In this document: positions 17,758 to 26,652 of the stretch, piece after piece
Position numbering within the stretch: the stretch's first letter is position 1
Layout of the letters: each line of letters begins with the position of its first letter
Assembly: GCA_045614665.1 (NCBI GenBank)
Contig: JAZLDI010000002.1
Location: forward strand, 3,366-67,365
Source of the DNA: Candidatus Enterousia sp.
GTDB lineage: Bacteria > Pseudomonadota > Alphaproteobacteria > Rs-D84
Length of the DNA: 64,000 bases
Reading direction: 5' to 3'
Program-made: the position numbers and the translations under genes
Notes under the pieces: generated by a model
The model's database searches: none
The model's input: only the letters and a program-made list of their open reading frames with translations
What the model was told of the DNA's origin: nothing

Positions 17758-18036
17758 TTATCTTTGGTTACTAATGTATTCAGTTAAAAAATTTGTGTGG
17801 ATAACGTTAGTTAGCATTAAGCCGTTATTAACGATGATTTTTGATTTTATATCAACGGTGTCGCCAACGTTGTGTGCAAATCTGCGAGAAACAGGATTGA
17901 TCGCAGCAATTTTTAAGGGTGGTTCATCGTTTGTGTAATATGATTCCAACTGCATTGTTGCGATTGCAGAAGCGCATTTGTTCAGACGATCGTCTAGATA
18001 TGTTATCGCCAGTTGCTTGGATATTGTTCGTTGCAT
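17758..18036 (-). CDS. hypothetical protein (92 aa) inserted between gatC and gatA
   Basis: ATG 18036 is preceded by AAGGA and lies 10 nt after the gatC stop. The longer track ORF (to 18132) would overlap gatC. No motif recognised. Confidence 0.45.
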   Translation of the reverse strand: MQRTISKQLAITYLDDRLNKCASAIATMQLESYYTNDEPPLKIAAINPVSRRFAHNVGDTVDIKSKIIVNNGLMLTNVIHTNFLTEYISNQR

Positions 18037-18046
18037 AATCAATCCT

Positions 18047-18349
18047 TTAATCACCATCCATAACCTTTGGAACCGCAAAATATCCACGTGATGTGCCGGC
18101 GTTATCAGGCGTGTTTGCCAAGACCAAATCACGAATGTTACCGTCAGTTACAGTATCTGTTCGACGTGGTAATTTGTGTTCGGCCGGGTTTAACATCGGC
18201 TCAACACCGGTTGTGTCAATTTTTTGTAATTTATCCAACCATTCAACAACCGAATCGATATTCATTTCAGCCAATTTTTCATCAGATATTTCAATCTTTA
18301 TCAAATCTGCGAATTTTTGTAATTGTTGCTTGCTAAATGCCATTTTCAA
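18047..18349 (-). CDS. gatC: Asp-tRNA(Asn)/Glu-tRNA(Gln) amidotransferase subunit C
   Basis: 100 aa. The pattern KFADLIKIEISDEKLAEM...VEWLDKLQKIDT matches GatC. Confidence 0.85.
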   Translation of the reverse strand: MKMAFSKQQLQKFADLIKIEISDEKLAEMNIDSVVEWLDKLQKIDTTGVEPMLNPAEHKLPRRTDTVTDGNIRDLVLANTPDNAGTSRGYFAVPKVMDGD

Positions 18350-18380
18350 TCCTATATTTACAAAGTAAAGGAATTATACA

Positions 18381-18827
18381 ATGATTTTGCCAGATTTCAA
18401 GGCTTTTCCGCGTTCAGGGCGCATAGTTGGTATTGATTGGGGGGCGCGTCGCGTTGGTGTGGCGGTGTCGGATGATACACGTAACTTTGTTTTTTTGCGT
18501 CCCACGATAAATCTGGGGTTGGATGATGATGTGGCGGCGATTGTTGCACGGGTGACGGCTGATGAGCATGCGTGTGGAATTGTGGTTGGTTTGCCACTGT
18601 ATCCAGATGGTGCGGAAAGTGACACGACAAAAATGGTGCGTGATTTTATTGATGCTTTGTCACAAAAAACTGATTTGCCGATTGTGATGGTTGAAGAAAA
18701 CTTGACGTCCGTATCAGCTCAAGAATCAATGGGACGTGTGCGGGTGCGCGATATTAAAGAAAAATTAGATTCTGAGTCTGCACGAATAATTCTTGAAAAT
18801 GCAATTGCGTTAATAAACCGGGCTTAA
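18381..18827 (+). CDS. ruvX: YqgF/RuvX-family putative pre-16S rRNA nuclease / Holliday junction resolvase-like
   Basis: 148 aa with IVGIDWGARRVGVAVSD and VVGLPL motifs. Confidence 0.85.
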   Translation: MILPDFKAFPRSGRIVGIDWGARRVGVAVSDDTRNFVFLRPTINLGLDDDVAAIVARVTADEHACGIVVGLPLYPDGAESDTTKMVRDFIDALSQKTDLPIVMVEENLTSVSAQESMGRVRVRDIKEKLDSESARIILENAIALINRA

Positions 18828-18842
18828 AAATGCCCGGTTTTT
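18815..18842 (+). terminator. rho-independent terminator of ruvX
   Basis: AAACCGGGC/GCCCGGTTT hairpin spanning the stop codon, followed by TTT. Confidence 0.55.
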
Positions 18843-18860
18843 ATGCGTATAGATTAATTT

Positions 18861-19904
18861 TTAATCTTCGTTTTTGTCTGGAATTTTGCCGTCAGAGGAC
18901 AGCAATATCGCAATCCAACGTGTGGAATCAAATTGTGCGGCGACAATGTAAAGTCCAACCAGGATTGGTACACTGAAAAACATTCCCGCAATACCCCAAA
19001 TCATTCCCCAGAATACCAGGTTGATTAATATTGCCAATGTGGACAGATTTAAACTTTTACCCATTAATTTTGGTTCCATTATATTGCCGAACAGTATCTG
19101 TAATCCAATCAAGCCACCTGCGGTTAATAATGGTAATTCCCACCCGGGGGCCACCGTAAACGAATACAGTATTGGTAACGAGCACGCAATAATTGCACCG
19201 ATTGTTGGGATATAACTGGTTATAAATACGATAAAGGCCCAAACACCCGCAAATTCCAAGCCAATCATTTGTAGCCACAGATATGAAACAATGCCGGTGA
19301 TGCCGGAAATAACAGTTTTCATAAACAGATATTTTTTCATGTTGTTGTCAATGCTGTCGATGATATATTTCATTTTTTTTGCACGAGACTTGTTTGGAAT
19401 AAGGGCGGTGAACTTTTTGTTAAATGTACTTTGTTCAATAAACATAAATATCATATAAACAAATACCATTCCGATTGATGTTGCAAAGCCCGCCGCAGAC
19501 GAACCAATGTTTGCTGCCACCTTAGTGATGTTAGGAATCATGTTGGCATCAAACTTTAACCCAACAGAGCCCGATAAATAATTACCAAATGATATTAATT
19601 TATCTTGAATCGCGGGCAGGGCAGATACCAGCTCGCTGAACATTGGTTTAACCTGTGTTATGAACAGATAAACAATGCCACATATAGTCAATAACGAGGT
19701 TGCATAGGATATGCAATCGTATATTAGGTTGCGTATCTTGTCGTGACGTGTCTGTGATGTTTGTTGGGGAAATACGCGACGAAAATATTCATAAATGGCA
19801 TTAATTAGGTACCATAAAAATGCCGCAACCAAAATAGGAATGAATATTGAACGCCCAATCCAAAGCGTAAACAAGATTATTCCAAATACAATTATTCCAT
19901 TCAT
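18861..19904 (-). CDS. AI-2E family transporter (PerM/UPF0118)
   Basis: 347 aa polytopic membrane protein. The C-terminal block GNIMEPKLMGKSLNLSTLAILINLVFWGMIWGIAGMFFSVPI is typical of the family. Confidence 0.8.
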   Translation of the reverse strand: MNGIIVFGIILFTLWIGRSIFIPILVAAFLWYLINAIYEYFRRVFPQQTSQTRHDKIRNLIYDCISYATSLLTICGIVYLFITQVKPMFSELVSALPAIQDKLISFGNYLSGSVGLKFDANMIPNITKVAANIGSSAAGFATSIGMVFVYMIFMFIEQSTFNKKFTALIPNKSRAKKMKYIIDSIDNNMKKYLFMKTVISGITGIVSYLWLQMIGLEFAGVWAFIVFITSYIPTIGAIIACSLPILYSFTVAPGWELPLLTAGGLIGLQILFGNIMEPKLMGKSLNLSTLAILINLVFWGMIWGIAGMFFSVPILVGLYIVAAQFDSTRWIAILLSSDGKIPDKNED

Positions 19905-19918
19905 GTTTTGCCCTTAAT

Positions 19919-20767
19919 TTATAATATCCATATGGAGAATATCATGTATGCAATTATTGCTATGTTAATGATTATTGCGGTCGTTGCATATGTATTGCCG
20001 ATATTTTTTTCAAATTTTTTATCGCCCATTTGCATTATCCATATCGCAAACAGCAATAATACAGATAAGCTTAGTAACGTTGTTGCAAGGCCGTTAAATA
20101 TGCCTGTTCCAATAATCAATGCTGCGAATAAAAATCCTGCATTTGATGAACGAATAATTGTCCAATTGGTCAGGTTTGAAATCCATTTTGCGTTTGTTGT
20201 AACGATGGGTTTCTTGTTTGGTTTGGTTGGAATAAAATATCCTGGTACCCACAACATATCAAAGCCAAATGGGATGGAGCAAATAATTTTCCAAAGCGGT
20301 ATATTCATTGTACGTGCACGTAAGAAGCATGCCCAAATTCCCATAATTGTAACCCCCAGTATGTAAAGGGATAATAATACCAAGCACACCGCCAGCAAAA
20401 ATCCAATGACGATTCCTGTTGGATTTTGCATCAGGCTAAATAGCCACATCTGAAGTGGCATCAGGTTTAATGCCATAATCAATGATGATATAGCCGTTAT
20501 AGCCAAGAGTATCATTTTTGTATTAAAGATTGTTACGATGCCTGGGCGATCCATTTTGCGTGTTGGTATTTTGCGAATTGCCAATATCGCAGATATTATG
20601 GTCGTGACTATCATTGTGATGCCGATTATGCTTAATGTGGTTTCGGATTTTGGCATCAGCAATCCCGCCAATACAGATAATGTAACCGCAAATAAAAATG
20701 ATGTAAGCGCAAAAAATATAGGTGTGCTAACCAGCCATTGTTTAAGTGTTGTTTGTTGGTCGTTCAT
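19919..20767 (-). CDS. hypothetical polytopic membrane protein
   Basis: 282 aa with about eight hydrophobic segments. No motif recognised. Lies directly downstream of sufC. Confidence 0.5.
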   Translation of the reverse strand: MNDQQTTLKQWLVSTPIFFALTSFLFAVTLSVLAGLLMPKSETTLSIIGITMIVTTIISAILAIRKIPTRKMDRPGIVTIFNTKMILLAITAISSLIMALNLMPLQMWLFSLMQNPTGIVIGFLLAVCLVLLSLYILGVTIMGIWACFLRARTMNIPLWKIICSIPFGFDMLWVPGYFIPTKPNKKPIVTTNAKWISNLTNWTIIRSSNAGFLFAALIIGTGIFNGLATTLLSLSVLLLFAIWIMQMGDKKFEKNIGNTYATTAIIINIAIIAYMIFSIWIL

Positions 20768-20788
20768 TGTGTTTCTCCCTTTAGTCTT

Positions 20789-21466
20789 TTATTTTACCAC
20801 AATTTGTCCTGATGACAAAGTTGTTATATCGGTTGGGCCGATTTGATTTGTAAAATCTGACTGGTGTGATACGAATAAAAATGTGGTGTCGCGCATATTG
20901 TTGATTGTATTCGTAATCAGTTCTTTGGTTGTGGCGTCTGCACCGGAATCTGGTTCGTCCAGGATGGCCAGTTTGGGTTGTGTCATAATTAGTTGTAATA
21001 GCATCAGGCGTTTTCGTTCGCCGCCTGAAAAACCGACATTGATATATCTGTTCAGCCATTCTTTTGGAATATCTAGTTGTTCGCGAGCTGATTCCAATTG
21101 TTGTAAAAAATCGCCCATTGATAATTCATGGCCGGTATTAAAATGTGTATGTGCGGCACAAGAATGTTTTAAAAAACTTAATACGGTAAGCCCCGGTATT
21201 TCAGGAACGTTCTGGGCGCCTAAAAATATGCCCAGTAATGCACGTGTTGTTGCGTTCTCGTTTGTAATATTGCGACCGTTAAAAATTATAGTGCCAGAAT
21301 CGACGCTATACGCAGGGTTTCCGGCAATTGTTTGTGCCAGACTTGATTTGCCAGAACCGTTATGTCCCGCCAATAAATGACGCGCGCCGCGTGTAATGTT
21401 CAGATTGATGTCTGATAATAATTTTTTGTTATCCAATGATACATTTAGGTCCTTGATTTCTAGCAT
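20789..21466 (-). CDS. sufC: Fe-S cluster assembly ATPase SufC
   Basis: 225 aa. Walker A GHNGSGKSSL, signature FSGGERKR, Walker B LAILDEPDSG. Confidence 0.9.
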   Translation of the reverse strand: MLEIKDLNVSLDNKKLLSDINLNITRGARHLLAGHNGSGKSSLAQTIAGNPAYSVDSGTIIFNGRNITNENATTRALLGIFLGAQNVPEIPGLTVLSFLKHSCAAHTHFNTGHELSMGDFLQQLESAREQLDIPKEWLNRYINVGFSGGERKRLMLLQLIMTQPKLAILDEPDSGADATTKELITNTINNMRDTTFLFVSHQSDFTNQIGPTDITTLSSGQIVVK

Positions 21467-21468
21467 AT

Positions 21469-22797
21469 TTAGTCCTTTGATAATGCCATTTGAATTAATT
21501 GTTTTGATTCAACCAAAAATTCCATCGGCAGGCGTGATATTACCGGACTGGCCATTGCGCCAACAATCAAGGCGATTGCTGTGTCGCGTTCGATGCCCGC
21601 CATTTCAAGATATGTTAATTGTGTTGCGTCTATGGAACCAGTTGTGGCTTCGTGTGATTGGTTGTTGTTGGGTGCGCCGTGTATTATTCGCGGAATTGTA
21701 TTTGCGATTGCTGTGTCGCCAATTATGCGTGTGTCGCATTTTGATGCGTTTGTACATCCCGTGCCTGTAAATGATACAAGTGAACGAAATGTTTGCTGGG
21801 ATGCGTCGGTTGCCACCCCGTATGAAACAATGTTTGATTTAGTGTTGTTTCCGATATGGAGCATTTTTGTACCTGTATCGGCCAGTTGCCCCCCGCGGGT
21901 TATTGCGAGCGAATAAAAATCACTTACTGCATCATCGCCCGCCAGAATTGTCGATGGATATTTCCAAGTTATGGCAGAGCCAATTTCGACCTGGGTCCAG
22001 TATAGTTTGGCGCGTGCATCACATCGCCCGCGCTTGGTCACAAAGTTTAATATGCCACCAGTGTTTTTGCCGTCTTTGAAATCGCCCCCGAACCAGTTTT
22101 GAACGGTTGCGTATTTTATGGTTGCGTCATCATGGGCAATTATTTCGACAACCCCACTGTGTAGTTGGTGGTTTGGACGACGGGGGGCGCTGCAACCCTC
22201 CATATAGGTTAGTTTTGCGCCATGGTCTGCGATGATAAGTGTTCGTTCAAATTGTCCGATTTTAGCAGTTTCGATTCTAAAATAACTGGCTAAATCAATG
22301 GGGCAGGTGACGTTTGGAGGGATGTATACAAATGTGCCGTCTGAAAATACGGCTGCATTTAGGGCTGCAAAAAAATTATCGGTTGCTGGCACCACCGTGC
22401 CCAAGTATTTTTTTACCAGGTCAGGATATTGAATTACTGCGTCCGAAAACGGCAGAAATATTATCCCGTGTTTTTTTAGTTCATCCATATATGAGGTGTG
22501 CACAGAACGGCTGTCGATGACGGTGTCTGTTGCCATTCCCAACAGGGCGCGTTTTTCACTTTCTGGCAGGCCCATTTTTTCGTACACGTGTGCCAGGTCC
22601 GAATTATCAATAGGTTGAGGTTCGTTATAATAATTTAACGCATTATAATCAATCGGTGCATAATTAAATTCGGCCCAGTGTGGCTCAATCATTTTTTTCC
22701 ATGCATCAAACGCCGTCAGGCGCCATTGCAGCAACCACATGGGTTCATTGCGTTGCTTTGAAATTTCGCGAATAAGATTTTCAGAAAGTTTCGCCAA
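21469..22797 (-). CDS. sufB: Fe-S cluster assembly scaffold SufB
   Basis: 442 aa with conserved SufB/SufD beta-helix blocks (LTYMEGCSAP, HIGNNTKSNIVSYGV, HEATTGSID). Confidence 0.88.
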   Translation of the reverse strand: MAKLSENLIREISKQRNEPMWLLQWRLTAFDAWKKMIEPHWAEFNYAPIDYNALNYYNEPQPIDNSDLAHVYEKMGLPESEKRALLGMATDTVIDSRSVHTSYMDELKKHGIIFLPFSDAVIQYPDLVKKYLGTVVPATDNFFAALNAAVFSDGTFVYIPPNVTCPIDLASYFRIETAKIGQFERTLIIADHGAKLTYMEGCSAPRRPNHQLHSGVVEIIAHDDATIKYATVQNWFGGDFKDGKNTGGILNFVTKRGRCDARAKLYWTQVEIGSAITWKYPSTILAGDDAVSDFYSLAITRGGQLADTGTKMLHIGNNTKSNIVSYGVATDASQQTFRSLVSFTGTGCTNASKCDTRIIGDTAIANTIPRIIHGAPNNNQSHEATTGSIDATQLTYLEMAGIERDTAIALIVGAMASPVISRLPMEFLVESKQLIQMALSKD

Positions 22798-23340
22798 CTA
22801 TTCACCCTGGGTTGCCAGTTGCTTTGCCTGGGCAAAGAAAGTAAGAGATTTGCCAAGTAGTCCATCTGTGAAAGTTGCGGACAATATTCCGTCTGGTTCG
22901 GTTGCATTCAAGTGTGTCAAAAATGCATCCGAGCGTCGCATATAATTATCAACACTGCGTGCGATTTCAGAGTCAAGTTTTATTGCGCGACGTAATTTTT
23001 CCAATGCAAATGGGTTGCGTGCATATTCGTCCATGATTCCGCCCAATGCGCGCCATAGTGGGTGTTCGGATGTGTTGCGTGGCATAATATCAATTGCCGC
23101 CATAATAGGAATTAAATTTTGTAACAAGTCCTGGTAAATCATTTCGGCGTTTTCGGCAACCGCGTTGGTTGCAGATTTGTTTTTTAACACAGACTGAATT
23201 TTTACAATTAGGTTGTATTGGTGGCTTAGTGTTTTGTTAGCATCGTTGATACGAACGTTTATACGATATATAAAAAAAGTCATTGTAATACAGACGCAGA
23301 TGATTAGAATAAAAGCGCCTAAAATCAACCAGTTTTCCAT
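22798..23340 (-). CDS. hypothetical N-terminally anchored membrane protein heading the sufBC operon
   Basis: 180 aa with one N-terminal TM helix and a helical remainder. Its stop abuts the sufB start codon. No motif recognised. Confidence 0.45.
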   Translation of the reverse strand: MENWLILGAFILIICVCITMTFFIYRINVRINDANKTLSHQYNLIVKIQSVLKNKSATNAVAENAEMIYQDLLQNLIPIMAAIDIMPRNTSEHPLWRALGGIMDEYARNPFALEKLRRAIKLDSEIARSVDNYMRRSDAFLTHLNATEPDGILSATFTDGLLGKSLTFFAQAKQLATQGE

Positions 23341-23454
23341 TTCTTTTTCCTCTAATTTGTCTTTCGTTCGTATGTCAGTATAGCATCTTTTACCGATTCG
23401 TGCGATTTTATCTTTTGGGGATATTTTTTGTTTGATTTATGTGTGTTTTAGCCC

Positions 23455-23483
23455 TTGCACAGATTCGGTCAAATTGATATAAT
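23455..23483 (+). promoter_or_regulatory. sigma70-type promoter with GANTC after the -35 (TcpQ-like/secretin operon)
   Basis: TTGCAC (23455-23460), 17-nt spacer containing GATTC at 23462-23466, TATAAT (23478-23483). Confidence 0.6.
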
Positions 23484-23515
23484 ATTACTAAATTAAAAGA
23501 AGGAAGGTTTTAATT

Positions 23516-24457
23516 ATGTTCCGCAAAATTTTGTTTGCAGCAATGTGCGCAACGGCGGCTGGATATTGTTTCGCTGCTGAAAGTTTACCCCAGGTTGTTA
23601 CTTCTGAGGTCTTTTATAGCCAGGATAAAATTGTCGATGGCGGTGTAGAAGAGGTTACTGAATCTGTTCAAATTGATGAAACGGAAATGGTAACACAATA
23701 TGCAGACGTGCCGGCGTGGCCATTGGCGGGGTCTGATGCGGATGTAGAGGTTGCGTGTGATAGTCCGAAAAAGAATTCTGATAATATACGCATTGTGTCG
23801 CGTGTTGGGGCTGATTTGGTTGTCGAAAATAATTTTAATTTGGGGACGCGTGGTGAATTTATGGGGTGGTCCGGTGGTGCGAATATGTTGCATGGGATGC
23901 AGGTGCCGGTCGGATTTGATGATGAATGCGCCGATGGTACGGAAATGCCATTGCTGAGTCGTGAAATGTTAGAAGATGATGGTGGTACGGTTTTGTCTGT
24001 GTCGCGCAGTGGACGTAAAAATTGTGGTAAATATGCGGATGGTTATGCTGCTTTTGCAGAACGTGCTGGTATAAAGACAGTGGTAGATGAAAATGGCAAT
24101 GTGGTTTCTGAATCAGAGGCGACAGAAGCTGTTACAGAATCAGAAACGGAAATTTTGGTTGCGGAAACTGCTGATGCAGAGGCACCAAAAGTTATAAAGG
24201 ATCAGGTTCGTTCTTGGGTTGTTGCCAATGGTCAAACCTTGCGTGATGTTTTGCAGTCTTGGTGTGATAAAGAGGGGTGGGATTTAGTTTGGACTACGTC
24301 ACGTGAATATCCAATCCAGGCCAGTGCCGTGTTCAAAGGGCGCTTTGTTGATGTGGCATCTGCACTGGTACGTAATTTTGGTCGTGCAACGCCGGTTCCG
24401 TATGCAAAATTCTATAAGGGGAATCGCGTGTTGGTAATTTCAACGTCGGAACAATAA
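23516..24457 (+). CDS. TcpQ/PilL-like type IVb pilus accessory protein (secretin partner)
   Basis: 313 aa with a signal peptide and an acidic middle region. The C-terminal block WVVANGQTLRDVLQSWCDKEGWDLVWTTSREYPIQASAVFKGRFVDVASALVRNF matches my recollection of the TcpQ-domain pattern (W.v..G.tL...L..W....GW.lvW...dy.i.....f.G.f..A...l). Confidence 0.55.
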   Translation: MFRKILFAAMCATAAGYCFAAESLPQVVTSEVFYSQDKIVDGGVEEVTESVQIDETEMVTQYADVPAWPLAGSDADVEVACDSPKKNSDNIRIVSRVGADLVVENNFNLGTRGEFMGWSGGANMLHGMQVPVGFDDECADGTEMPLLSREMLEDDGGTVLSVSRSGRKNCGKYADGYAAFAERAGIKTVVDENGNVVSESEATEAVTESETEILVAETADAEAPKVIKDQVRSWVVANGQTLRDVLQSWCDKEGWDLVWTTSREYPIQASAVFKGRFVDVASALVRNFGRATPVPYAKFYKGNRVLVISTSEQ

Positions 24458-24491
24458 AAAATAAATGCATCTGCCAAGGGGGAGATTACAT

Positions 24492-26120
24492 ATGAAAAAA
24501 TCATTTAAATTATTGGCTGTCTGTGGATTGATATGCGCGGCATTGGCGGGGTGTGCAACCAAAGAATCGGCCAAGGTGGCGGCCGCCGTTGATACTGATT
24601 TTATTAACGCGTATGATGCGTTCGAAATGGCGAAAAATCCACGCGCCAAGGTGGCAACGGGTGATACTGTCTCTATGTCCGAAGGGGTGTGGCTAGGGGA
24701 TACGTCGACCGTATTAGAACATCGTAACAATTTGCCGGCGAAATTTGAGACGGATACAGGTGTTACTATATTATTAAATGAACCAGTGTCATTACAGGTT
24801 TTGGCAAATGATATTTATTCGGTAACAGGTATCCCGGTGCGTATTGATAGTCAGGTTAATTCTGAAAAATTGCGTAAAACCGTAAATGTTGCGTATACCG
24901 GTAAATTGTCAGGATTGTTGTCCCAGATTTCGACGGATTTAGATATCCTTTGGTACTATGATAATAATGCAATTGTGTTTTATGAAACAGAAACCAAGAC
25001 ATTTACATTATATGCGCTGGGAACGGATGTTTCGTACCAGACCGCTGTTACCACAGACGAAGGAAATCAAGTGTCGTTGGAATCAACCTTGAAAGAATGG
25101 GACGAGGTCGAAAGTACAATCGCATCCATCATTGGCAAGGCGGATAATGCGGACTTTACCGTGTCACGCAGTTTGGGCACGATCACAGTAACGGCACCGC
25201 CATCGATTTTAAACCGTATTGGTGAATATATTGAACGTCAGAACAAACGTTTGTCACAATTGGTTACAATTGATGTGAAAGTTTTACAGGTTACAATTTC
25301 GAATGATACGGCGTTTGGATTAAACTTGGCGGCGGCGATTAATTCAACGTCTGGATTGAATATTGTTGCGAATCCAAAAAATAACTTGGCATCGACCGAG
25401 GCCAGTTCTATGAATATTGCTGTGTTGTCGAATGCGGTGTCGGCATTGACCGGTGCAACTCATATGGAGGGTTCTTCCACGGTCGAGGGGGCATATACAA
25501 ATGATCAGATCATGAATGGTTCTTTGTCGGCAGCCGCAGGCAGTAATGCTTTGATTGAAGCTTTGGCAAAACAGGGCAAGGTTTCATTGGTAACAAACGT
25601 TGGTGTTACGACACGTTCAAACCGCGTTGCCCCGGTCAGTAACACACGTACAACCGGATATATCAAACGTTTTGAATCACGTAATTTCACAACTGTTGAA
25701 TCCAGTACTGTTGACCAGGACGACCTGGAAACTGGTTTCACAATGCAATTGTTGCCAAATGTCTTGGAAAATGGACGTATCTTGCTGTTGTTCCGTATGT
25801 CGGTTCGTGAATTGTTGCGTATGTCAACACAGACAATTGGCGAGGTTACCCTGCAATTGCCAGAGGTTGAAGAACGTAGTTTTATGCAGGAAGTAATCAT
25901 GGAATCGGGTCAGATGTTGGTTGTGTCCGGCTTTGAAAAACAAACAAGCGAAGATACACGTTATGGTTTAGGAGATCCTGACTTTATGGCGCTGTCGGGG
26001 TCGCGTGAAACAGCGTCTACACGTGAAGTGTTGGTTGTTATCCTGACACCACAGGTGCTGGTAAGTCCGCTGGATTCAGAAAGAACAATTCAGCAGCACT
26101 GGGGCGCACCACTAAATTAA
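24492..26120 (+). CDS. lipoprotein secretin of the type IVb pilus class (PilN/BfpB/TcpC-like)
   Basis: The AAGGGGGAG RBS favours ATG 24492. Lipobox LAGC. The C-terminal secretin-like blocks are GFTMQLLPNVLENGRILLLF, MLVVSGFEKQ and REVLVVILTPQVL. Confidence 0.7.
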   Translation: MKKSFKLLAVCGLICAALAGCATKESAKVAAAVDTDFINAYDAFEMAKNPRAKVATGDTVSMSEGVWLGDTSTVLEHRNNLPAKFETDTGVTILLNEPVSLQVLANDIYSVTGIPVRIDSQVNSEKLRKTVNVAYTGKLSGLLSQISTDLDILWYYDNNAIVFYETETKTFTLYALGTDVSYQTAVTTDEGNQVSLESTLKEWDEVESTIASIIGKADNADFTVSRSLGTITVTAPPSILNRIGEYIERQNKRLSQLVTIDVKVLQVTISNDTAFGLNLAAAINSTSGLNIVANPKNNLASTEASSMNIAVLSNAVSALTGATHMEGSSTVEGAYTNDQIMNGSLSAAAGSNALIEALAKQGKVSLVTNVGVTTRSNRVAPVSNTRTTGYIKRFESRNFTTVESSTVDQDDLETGFTMQLLPNVLENGRILLLFRMSVRELLRMSTQTIGEVTLQLPEVEERSFMQEVIMESGQMLVVSGFEKQTSEDTRYGLGDPDFMALSGSRETASTREVLVVILTPQVLVSPLDSERTIQQHWGAPLN

Positions 26121-26125
26121 ATATG

Positions 26126-26216
26126 ATAACTCATATAACAACAAAACCGATGGCTTGCGTAACTTTTGTACTATGCCATCGGTTTAGTTTTTGTTTAAAT
26201 TGTTCTATTTAATTTT
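26126..26216 (+). repeat. copy A of a conserved long-hairpin 3'-end element
   Basis: AAACCGATGGC-(TTGCGTAACTTTTGTACTAT)-GCCATCGGTTT followed by a T-rich tail. About 90 nt align with 45206-45300. Confidence 0.7.
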
Positions 26217-26271
26217 ATTCAGGTCAATTGCATGATAGCGTTTATGTTATAGATATTTGGTGTTATAACGA

Positions 26272-26294
26272 CAAAAAGTGCGCACGCGGCGCAC
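26272..26294 (-). terminator. rho-independent terminator of rpsT
   Basis: GTGCGC/GCGCAC hairpin followed, on the minus strand, by a T5 run. Confidence 0.55.
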
Positions 26295-26318
26295 AAATTT
26301 GTTTGCGTTCAACACGCA

Positions 26319-26579
26319 TTAAGCCATTGCAGCTACTTTCTTCGTCAAACGAGAAATTTTGCGGGCGGCACGTTTCTTTGGCATGATTTTGCCCGCAGAT
26401 TTCATAATCTTGCTTTCTGCATTACGAGCCGCAACGGTTGCAGCCGCTTTGTCGCCAGATTCAACCGCAACCAAAACCTTTTTCGCTGCTGTTTTTACCG
26501 CGCTGCGACGAGATGTGTTAATAGCATTTTTCTTGGCCGAAACCAAAATTCTTTTTTCAGATGACTTGTGATTTGCCAC
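26319..26579 (-). CDS. rpsT: 30S ribosomal protein S20
   Basis: 86 aa. The N-terminus MANHKSSEKRILVSAKKNAINTSRRS is typical of S20. Confidence 0.92.
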   Translation of the reverse strand: MANHKSSEKRILVSAKKNAINTSRRSAVKTAAKKVLVAVESGDKAAATVAARNAESKIMKSAGKIMPKKRAARKISRLTKKVAAMA

Positions 26580-26652
26580 GTTATTTTCCTTTTATTTTTG
26601 TAATGTTTTTGTTATTTTATAGAAAAGAAACATAAAATCAAGGAAAAATAAC

